From an uncultured Candidatus Saccharibacteria bacterium (GTDB lineage Bacteria > Patescibacteriota > Minisyncoccia > UBA6257 > 2-01-FULL-56-20): a stretch of 64,000 bases of DNA. Both the position numbers and the translations under genes were made by a program. The notes below the pieces were generated by a model. The model had not been told where the DNA came from. It saw nothing but the letters and a program-made list of their open reading frames with translations, and made no database searches. Within the stretch, counting starts at the first letter, position 1, and every line of letters begins with the position of its first letter. This document shows positions 19,467-26,054 of this stretch, in pieces. The stretch is taken from positions 49,594-113,593 of the forward strand of contig CAYHZA010000002.1 of NCBI GenBank assembly GCA_964361095.1, given 5' to 3'.

Positions 19467-19607
19467 GCTATGCCGAAGGATGGCGAAACTTTTATCGCCT
19501 AAACGGCGTACGCTGAGCAAAGTCGAAATGTGGCGAAACTTTTTGAAAATTTCTATACGTTGAATTCATAAAAAAATGCCCAGACGTCGATGTCTGGGCA
19601 TTAAAAC

Positions 19608-20300
19608 TTAGAGTGGAATATCGTTCTCGGAGGAGATTGAAGCGTCCCCTCTCCTTACCACGAGAAGCTCTGTCTCGAGGCGTTTGTTCTCCTTTTTTTC
19701 GGCACCGATTTTTTCTTTCATTGATGAGAAAACCTGAGACCAGGTACCGCCACAGCATAGGCTACGATCGGCAACACGGAGCGCGTCCGGGAGCGGTAAG
19801 GTGACGCGGTCGCCGGAGTCATCGGTAAGCTGAACCCTCCATCTGCCGGAATCACTCCAATCTTTCCATGCAGCGGCCTTGATTTTTCTTCTGGTTCCTC
19901 GTGAGCAGAGGGCGGATTTACGGAACCAACCTCCCAAACGAATGATGAGATTTGTATCCACCAGCGAATAGATACCAGGGGCATCTTCCCTGTTTAAGTA
20001 GGGACCGTCTCGACAGACTTCATCGCTCTTGAGTTGGTAGCGGACGTAGTATCCGATCGCGTTCCGCCGCGCGTAGTGATAAATCCACCGGAAAGGATCG
20101 AGTCGGAAAGTGAGACCCCAGATGACGAGAAGACAGGTGAGCCACGTGAGGTATCCCCACCGCTCGGCGATACTGTATGTGAAGAACGTGAAGAGCGCGA
20201 ACCAGATGACCTTGAGTCCCCCATAATGAAGGGGCTCCTCTTCGAACACCAGGGACTTTTCGCTTTCTGGATCAATTCGCTTCAGCCCTGTAGTCTCCAT
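19608..20300 (-). CDS. Hypothetical membrane protein
   Basis: Two N-terminal TM segments; GGAGAAG RBS-like sequence upstream. Confidence 0.6.
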   Translation of the reverse strand: METTGLKRIDPESEKSLVFEEEPLHYGGLKVIWFALFTFFTYSIAERWGYLTWLTCLLVIWGLTFRLDPFRWIYHYARRNAIGYYVRYQLKSDEVCRDGPYLNREDAPGIYSLVDTNLIIRLGGWFRKSALCSRGTRRKIKAAAWKDWSDSGRWRVQLTDDSGDRVTLPLPDALRVADRSLCCGGTWSQVFSSMKEKIGAEKKENKRLETELLVVRRGDASISSENDIPL

Positions 20301-20457
20301 AGCTCTTCTCCCTTAAGGGTAGGGTTTAGCGCTGGCACAGGTAAAAAATCTAAACGAGCTTTCTTTGGTATACACCACATAGGGGCATTGAGTCAATAAA
20401 AAATGAGGCAGGACATGTTGTCCTGCCTCGGGTTTTATTGTTCGTGTTCAATCAAGT

Positions 20458-21045
20458 TCAGGATGGTGATGGTGGATGCGCTTCTGTTTTCTTTATTGCT
20501 ATCTCCTTCTCGCGGTAGGCGATCACGCCGGCTTTGACTTCTTCAAGATAAGGCGAGATCCCTTTCTGGAGTCGAGGGTCTGCGAAGAGTCCCCACGGAG
20601 AGTCGCCTATTGTGAACTTCCGCAGATGATCATCGAGTTCCTCGAGGGGAATGTAGTTGCTCATGCGATCCCCTCTTTGATTGTTCCAGAAGAGGAAAAC
20701 AGTGTTGGTTGCGAGAGCCTCCAACACAGGGTCTCGGTGAATATTGCGTCCCGGCAATTTGTCGAAATTTGTGTCGGGGCAACTCCACATTTCAAGACCG
20801 GTCCTCATCTTTATCGTCGCATCGAGATAGGGGCTGACCATCTCGACCGTCACCTTCTCAATCTCGACCGAACCTTGCTCCTGGGTCGTAGACGCGTGCG
20901 TGATCGTCACTGGAGCCAGCGTGTTGGCAGCCGCTTCCTCGATTATCAGAGGAGGCGGCTCCTTTATGGTGGGGAGAATTTCGATTGCAAACACACCGAG
21001 TGTGACGATCGAAATGAGTCCCCAGAGAAAAAATCTGATTCTCAT
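20458..21045 (-). CDS. Hypothetical membrane-anchored/secreted protein
   Basis: N-terminal hydrophobic segment; AGGAG upstream. Confidence 0.65.
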   Translation of the reverse strand: MRIRFFLWGLISIVTLGVFAIEILPTIKEPPPLIIEEAAANTLAPVTITHASTTQEQGSVEIEKVTVEMVSPYLDATIKMRTGLEMWSCPDTNFDKLPGRNIHRDPVLEALATNTVFLFWNNQRGDRMSNYIPLEELDDHLRKFTIGDSPWGLFADPRLQKGISPYLEEVKAGVIAYREKEIAIKKTEAHPPSPS

Positions 21046-21054
21046 CGTCTTCTC

Positions 21055-21615
21055 CTACTTGGGGATAGTCCCGCAGTCCATGCAGGTCAGATCAACGAAG
21101 CAGTAGTTAGGTAGTCCTGGTAGCTTCGTTCCGCAACTCCCGCCAGGACACGGCTGACCCCATGTGCAACTCCCGCCAGTATCGTAGACTGGAGTCCTAA
21201 GAGAGAGATTCGTCGTACCATCGAAGTCGCCGACGAAGAGGTCCGTCATGTCTTTCTTCGTCTGCATGGTGAGCGGAAAATCCGCGAGCGCGGATTCGGC
21301 AATGCGTCTCGCGTTCTCGGGAGTACCGATCGACCCATACATCTCGGCCGCGAGCTTCTCGAGGCGGTCACGTGTATCGGGATTCGAGACATCGGCAAGT
21401 CTCTTGCCGACATCCTGCTTGTCCATCACGACGGGCATGGTGTTCATCGGGAAGTAGAGGACTCCGCCCCCGAGATCGATGGTCGGTCCGATTTCCATCA
21501 CGACACGGTCCTTTTCCTTGGTCTGCTTCGTCTTCGTCGCAGCAAGGGCGGTCGAGGGGACGAATATCGCGAAAAACGCGAGCAAAGCTGCGATCGCAAA
21601 CAGAACGCGCTTCAT
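21055..21615 (-). CDS. Secreted hypothetical protein with Cys-rich C-terminus
   Basis: Signal peptide ending in ALA; six Cys in the last ~37 aa. Confidence 0.7.
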   Translation of the reverse strand: MKRVLFAIAALLAFFAIFVPSTALAATKTKQTKEKDRVVMEIGPTIDLGGGVLYFPMNTMPVVMDKQDVGKRLADVSNPDTRDRLEKLAAEMYGSIGTPENARRIAESALADFPLTMQTKKDMTDLFVGDFDGTTNLSLRTPVYDTGGSCTWGQPCPGGSCGTKLPGLPNYCFVDLTCMDCGTIPK

Positions 21616-21736
21616 ATCTTTTCCATCCTTTCTGGGCTTAAGCCCACGAGTTGTGGCTCTCTTTGCTTATGCGGAGAGAGCGGTTCTGTAAATACACTAA
21701 CCCCTAAACGGTTAAATTGTCAACCTCTTGTAATAG

Positions 21737-21775
21737 TGGGCACTGGGGGGATCGAACCCTCGGCCTACTCGGTGT
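21737..21775 (-). pseudogene. 3' half of a tRNA-Val-like gene
   Basis: ACACCGAGTAGGCCGAGGGTTCGATCCCCCCAGTGCCCA matches the 3' half of the neighbouring tRNA-Val. Confidence 0.75.
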
Positions 21776-21786
21776 CCCGCACAAAG

Positions 21787-22071
21787 TGGACGGTGCAGGG
21801 ATTGAACCTGCGGCCCCCTCGGTGTCCCGCTCTGTGCGGGATTGCGGTTTGTTCCTAAAAATTCTACGTGCACTCGAATTTTTAGACAAACCGGGAATAA
21901 ACGAGGTGCTCTGCATCACCCCATTACATTTGGGCAGTGGGCAATGCTGGGATCGAACCAGCGGCCTACTCGGTGTAAACGAGTCGCTCTACCACTGAGC
22001 TAATTGCCCAAATGTAATGGGGCAGGCTGTCTGCCCGCCAAAACCCTGTCGTCGGCGGGAGCTAGCCGTCC
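21787..22071 (-). pseudogene. tRNA-Val(TAC) split into three pieces by D-loop and anticodon-loop insertions
   Basis: Pieces 22071-22059 (GGACGGCTAGCTC), 21912-21899 (AGAGCACCTCGTTT) and 21825-21787 join into a cloverleaf. Confidence 0.65.
21938..22009 (-). tRNA. tRNA-Val(TAC), intact
   Basis: GGGCAAT/ATTGCCC acceptor, ACTCG-TTTACAC-CGAGT anticodon arm, GCTGG-TTCGATC-CCAGC T arm. Confidence 0.95.
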
Positions 22072-22316
22072 ACTTTAAGCGGGATTGAGATTTTTGCTGT
22101 TTCGGTGGCGCCCATCTTTCGCGCCGAAAAGAGCGTTATCAATACTCCCACAAAGTTTATCAAAAATCCAACGAAGATAATTCCGTGATTCCACGTTAAA
22201 AGCCCCTCGGGCGTTTCGATGCCGATATTCAAGTGGTGCAAAATATCAAGCACAATGCCAACCGCTTCAATAAGCGTTCCGAGAAGACTTATTTTGATTC
22301 CGATTTTGAAGTTCAT
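22062..22316 (-). CDS. Small two-TM membrane protein
   Basis: 84 aa; DILHH...E...L.WNH motif between two helices. Confidence 0.7.
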   Translation of the reverse strand: MNFKIGIKISLLGTLIEAVGIVLDILHHLNIGIETPEGLLTWNHGIIFVGFLINFVGVLITLFSARKMGATETAKISIPLKVDG

Positions 22317-22353
22317 TGTTCAATTGTACCAAAACTGATTGTTTTTTCCTTTC

Positions 22354-22428
<75 letters not shown>

Positions 22429-22506
22429 GAATCGGATTGATTCTAATCTAAAAGTGGGATAATTTAAAGCACTTGCCACTCAACAGGTGTAGTGTATAAT
22501 TAGATT

Positions 22507-22920
22507 ATGAAATATAATCTTCGCCAAATTGTCGGATCTACTATTTGGTGGACGGAAGGCACTAAGACGTATAAGGACAAAAGATGGAAAAATGTCTGGG
22601 TTTACAATGTGGATGTCACAAACACAAATCCCAAAATTATTAATGCATTCTTATCTTTCTTGAGAAAAGATATAGGCATCGAAGAACCAAGACTCAAACT
22701 CCAATTACAGATTCACGAAGGTGACGACAAGGAGAAGTTTGAGATGTATTGGTCTAAAGAAACTGCCATTCCAAGAAGTCGTTTCACCAAAACAATTATC
22801 CGACCAACGGGCAACAAGATAGGCAAAAGCCGAGGCACTTGTAAGGTAAGGTATTCCGACAAAATGACATACAACAAGATCAAGGATTTGTCAGAGAGAA
22901 TATTAAGCGGTATAAAGTAA
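22507..22920 (+). CDS. Degenerate LAGLIDADG-like protein between tRNA genes
   Basis: IWWTEGTK, DVTNTNPKIINAFLSFL, LQIH, YWS and GTCKVRY pattern. Confidence 0.6.
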   Translation: MKYNLRQIVGSTIWWTEGTKTYKDKRWKNVWVYNVDVTNTNPKIINAFLSFLRKDIGIEEPRLKLQLQIHEGDDKEKFEMYWSKETAIPRSRFTKTIIRPTGNKIGKSRGTCKVRYSDKMTYNKIKDLSERILSGIK

Positions 22921-22930
22921 GGAATTACTT

Positions 22931-23004
22931 CGGGCTGTAGTGTATCGGTTGCACGAGTCCTTTGGGAGGATTTAGGCTGGGTTCGACTCCCAGCAGCCCG
23001 ACCA
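22931..23004 (+). tRNA. tRNA-Pro(TGG)
   Basis: CGGGCTG/CAGCCCG acceptor, AGTCC-TTTGGGA-GGATT anticodon arm, A-CCA end. Confidence 0.95.
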
Positions 23005-23435
23005 TGATAAAAGGAGTAGATTACATCGGAGTGTACGTTGTTTTCTTCTGTCACGACGGCAAGGGAAACTTTGTGATGGCAAAACGGAGCGCTCTCGCGC
23101 GAGATGAACAGGGGAGATGGGACATCGGCGGCGGGGGACTTGAGCACGGGCAGACGGCAGAAGAGACGCTCAAAAAAGAAATTCAAGAAGAGTATGGCAC
23201 GCAAGCAATTTCGTATGAGTTCTTAGGTTTTCGTGATGTGCATCGAGAACAGGACGAAAAGCGAACTCACTGGATTGCGCTTGATTTTAAAGTGCTTGTG
23301 GATCCTTTGAGTGTAAGACTAAATGAGCCTCATAAATTTGATGGGCTCTCATGGTTTACGCTCAGCAATATTCCTGAAAATTCTCATTCACAGTTTTCGG
23401 TTTTTTTAGAAAAATACCGCGAGCGACTTTCTTGA
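23004..23435 (+). CDS. NUDIX hydrolase
   Basis: Nudix box GGGLEHGQTAEETLKKEIQEEYG; EPHKFD; ATG overlaps the tRNA-Pro CCA. Confidence 0.9.
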   Translation: MIKGVDYIGVYVVFFCHDGKGNFVMAKRSALARDEQGRWDIGGGGLEHGQTAEETLKKEIQEEYGTQAISYEFLGFRDVHREQDEKRTHWIALDFKVLVDPLSVRLNEPHKFDGLSWFTLSNIPENSHSQFSVFLEKYRERLS

Positions 23436-23474
23436 AGAAGATAGGGAATTTATGTACACTAAGTCCGGTCATTT

Positions 23475-23546
23475 GCCGCGGTAGCTCAGTGGCAGAGCGC
23501 GGCCCTGAAGAGGCCGGCGTCGGGTGTTCGATTCACCCCCGCGGCA
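23475..23546 (+). tRNA. tRNA-Phe(GAA)
   Basis: GCCGCGG/CCGCGGC acceptor, CGGCC-CTGAAGA-GGCCG anticodon arm; 3' end is the insertion junction. Confidence 0.95.
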
Positions 23547-23570
23547 CATCAGAACGCAAGCGTCGTGACA

Positions 23571-23899
23571 TGGAGAAGCACCGAATCCATCGGTGTTTTT
23601 TTCATCTCTTCGATCGGTTCGTCCGACCGAGCCCCGGGGGGAATCGAAAACCCTCATGTAGTTATGGCTGTTCCGCGGGATGCAGACCGCTCCGTCTTCG
23701 GCTTCCGAAGATTCCGATCTGGGTCATGTAGGCCAGAATCGGCACGGCGCAGGGTACGCAGAGTTCAGCTTCGGCACTCGTTCCATACTCGACGAGCGTC
23801 GTCTGATCGTACATCCCGAACTCTATGCCACAACCACTACACAAACCTTCAATCATGGCGTTGTGATGTGATGAGTGTTTTCGACCTTTCGAAGATCAT
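23571..23899. repeat. 329-bp direct repeat, copy 1
   Basis: Appears identical to 24847-25175. Confidence 0.95.
23662..23856 (-). CDS. Small putative zinc-binding protein (CxxC...CxxC), copy 1
   Basis: CSGC and CVPC pairs; AAAGGTCGA leader motif ~24 nt upstream; duplicated. Confidence 0.5.
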   Translation of the reverse strand: MIEGLCSGCGIEFGMYDQTTLVEYGTSAEAELCVPCAVPILAYMTQIGIFGSRRRSGLHPAEQP

Positions 23900-24039
23900 G
23901 ATGGATCGAGAAAGGTGGTTGCGGTAGGAGGGAGATTCTGCCGGAGACGGCAAAGTAGCACGCCTTTACAACCCAAAGGAAGCTCGTTCAAAAAACGCCG
24001 GCTCTATCGCCGGTGTCTCAGGTTTAAGTCTCACGCGGG

Positions 24040-24267
24040 TTACGAATATTTTATTCCTGCACCGAACTCGTTCATGGCCATCACAACAGCGCGGGCAGTT
24101 TCTCGCTTCAGACGGTTTTTCCTCGGGATCATGGTCACGAAATGACCATCGGTCGTCTTCACCTTACAGTGCTTTCTTCCCTCGTAAATCTGAAAGCCAG
24201 CTCGCTTCGCGATCCGTTGGAGTTCTTCATACGAGCAATCGGCAGTCTTAACGTGGAGCTCCCGCAC
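24040..24267 (-). CDS. hicA: HicA-like mRNA interferase toxin
   Basis: 75 aa, basic; AKRAGF...GRKH...VTMIPR...LKRETARAV dsRBD-like HicA pattern; overlaps the hicB-like gene. Confidence 0.7.
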   Translation of the reverse strand: MRELHVKTADCSYEELQRIAKRAGFQIYEGRKHCKVKTTDGHFVTMIPRKNRLKRETARAVVMAMNEFGAGIKYS

Positions 24268-24595
24268 GAGGGATGAGAAGTGTTAGTTTCTGGTCACGGC
24301 TCGGTGCGGGATAGGCATCCAAATGTTGAGCCGTCTCGACGGTTGGCAAGTAGGTAGGAACATAGGAAATGTACCTCTCGGGCACCTCAAGAAAAGTGCG
24401 CGCTGCATCATTGATCATCTCGATGAGTTCGGAGAAGGAATCAGCTTCGGTTCGACAACCGGCGAAGACTAGAATCTCTGCGCAGAAGCCCCCATCCTCG
24501 GATCGTTGCACCTGCACGGTGATTTCATGAGGAAACAAGGCGCGCAGCTTGCGGATTTCTTTTTTGTCTTTTTCTGTAAGTTTCTTTGCTCTCAT
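24248..24595 (-). CDS. hicB: HicB-like antitoxin
   Basis: SEDGGFCAEI...GCRTEADSFSELIEMINDA is the HicB N-terminal motif. Confidence 0.8.
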   Translation of the reverse strand: MRAKKLTEKDKKEIRKLRALFPHEITVQVQRSEDGGFCAEILVFAGCRTEADSFSELIEMINDAARTFLEVPERYISYVPTYLPTVETAQHLDAYPAPSRDQKLTLLIPRAGAPR

Positions 24596-24846
24596 ATTTT
24601 CATCGTACGCAAGAACAGCGGAAAGTCAATGTGCAAGCAAAGAACTCTGACTCACGCGGCAGCTATGCCCTCCTTTCCACCTTCGCCCGCTATGGTCCTA
24701 TGAGTTTTCAGCCTTGGGACCCTGGGACGCCCAGTATTTTCGGGACCTCGTTTGCCGTAAACCATGCGAGGAGATTCTCCAAAAGCTCCGTCAATGTTCG
24801 AGGTGTCCCACGATACGCGGCACCACCTCGAACACGCTCGCTGTGG

Positions 24847-25175
24847 TGGAGAAGCACCGAATCCATCGGTGTTTTTTTCATCTCTTCGATCGGTTCGTCC
24901 GACCGAGCCCCGGGGGGAATCGAAAACCCTCATGTAGTTATGGCTGTTCCGCGGGATGCAGACCGCTCCGTCTTCGGCTTCCGAAGATTCCGATCTGGGT
25001 CATGTAGGCCAGAATCGGCACGGCGCAGGGTACGCAGAGTTCAGCTTCGGCACTCGTTCCATACTCGACGAGCGTCGTCTGATCGTACATCCCGAACTCT
25101 ATGCCACAACCACTACACAAACCTTCAATCATGGCGTTGTGATGTGATGAGTGTTTTCGACCTTTCGAAGATCAT
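24847..25175. repeat. 329-bp direct repeat, copy 2
   Basis: Appears identical to 23571-23899. Confidence 0.95.
24938..25132 (-). CDS. Small putative zinc-binding protein (CxxC...CxxC), copy 2
   Basis: Identical translation to 23662-23856. Confidence 0.5.
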   Translation of the reverse strand: MIEGLCSGCGIEFGMYDQTTLVEYGTSAEAELCVPCAVPILAYMTQIGIFGSRRRSGLHPAEQP

Positions 25176-25272
25176 CATCGGGCAAGAACATCATCTGCGG
25201 TAGGAGGCTTAATTTGCCTTATTGGTAACAATTGACAGCCTTAGTCCCTTCTCGTAGGATTAAAGAATTACT

Positions 25273-25482
25273 ATGGTTAATGTAAACAATATCGATTTGA
25301 GAAAGATTAGCCAGGATCTTCGTAGCTTCGAGAATCAGTGGGTAGCGATTACCGAAGATACTCGCATCGTGGCATCCGGCCCTACCTATGGCGAAACCGT
25401 GCGCCAAGTGAAAGAGGGCAGCGACGTTGTCCTGCTTAAGGTACCATCCTTCGACGCTTCCCTCGCTCCTGTGGAGGCATGA
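25273..25482 (+). CDS. DUF5678-like small protein
   Basis: FENQWVAI...IVASG.T..E pattern; promoter TTGACA-17-TAGGAT at 25232-25260. Confidence 0.7.
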   Translation: MVNVNNIDLRKISQDLRSFENQWVAITEDTRIVASGPTYGETVRQVKEGSDVVLLKVPSFDASLAPVEA

Positions 25483-25898
25483 AGTTTGAGTATCAAAAAT
25501 TTATCCTCGGTAGTCACGACCCTCGAAAGCCGCTGGTGGCACGGCCGCTCATACCGGTCTCGCTCCATGGGAATGGAATGAAAACCCGGAGTCCCTATTT
25601 TGCTCTCCTTGATTCCGGAGCGGATCGAGTTATCTTCCCGGCCGATCTTGCCGCAGAGGTTGGTATCCCGGACATCGAGAAAGGAGAGCTCGAACCTGCG
25701 GTTGGTATCGCTGGCCAACGGGCCGATGTCTACTATCATAACCTTGCGCTTCAAGTTCTTGGGGACACACGGGTCCTTCCCACGGCCGTGGGATTCTCCC
25801 GGACAGTGTCATTGCCTATTCTCGGTCGGTCGTTTTTCAAGCATTTCAAAGTAGTTACCTTCTCAGAATCCAAGGAGGAAGTAGAGCTCAAGAATTAA
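25479..25898 (+). CDS. Retropepsin-like (clan AA) aspartyl protease
   Basis: ALLDSGAD catalytic motif and ILGRSFF; ATGA overlap with the upstream gene. Confidence 0.85.
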   Translation: MKFEYQKFILGSHDPRKPLVARPLIPVSLHGNGMKTRSPYFALLDSGADRVIFPADLAAEVGIPDIEKGELEPAVGIAGQRADVYYHNLALQVLGDTRVLPTAVGFSRTVSLPILGRSFFKHFKVVTFSESKEEVELKN

Positions 25899-26020
25899 GA
25901 GGATGCACGGTATATTGTAACCACTACTGCGACTTCTGCGGATTCCCCACAATCCACTTCACGAGTTCCCTCAAAAGCCGATCCAATGTTCGAGGTGTCC
26001 CACGATACGCGGCACCACAA

Positions 26021-26050
26021 CTAAAAAACAGCCGACTGGCTGTTTTTTAG
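26021..26050. terminator. Bidirectional terminator, probably the original tRNA-Phe terminator
   Basis: CTAAAAAACAGCC-gact-GGCTGTTTTTTAG directly after GCGGCACCA. Confidence 0.8.
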
Positions 26051-26054
26051 TTAC

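Larger units (their letters stand above)
23548..24823. mobile_element. tRNA-Phe-anchored cassette 1 (1276 bp; HicBA cargo)
   Basis: Bounded by GCGGCAC cores (23541-23547, 24817-24823); shares left and right arms with cassette 2. Confidence 0.75.
24824..26015. mobile_element. tRNA-Phe-anchored cassette 2 (1192 bp; DUF5678-like plus aspartyl protease cargo)
   Basis: Bounded by GCGGCAC cores (24817-24823, 26009-26015); 35-bp right arm 25984-26018 equals 24792-24826. Confidence 0.75.

Noticed and set aside
24586-25203. 205-aa and 120-aa plus-strand ORFs through the 329-bp repeats
   Set aside because: Arg/Ser-rich, cross a terminator and the att-like site, and their starts differ between copies; probably shadow frames.
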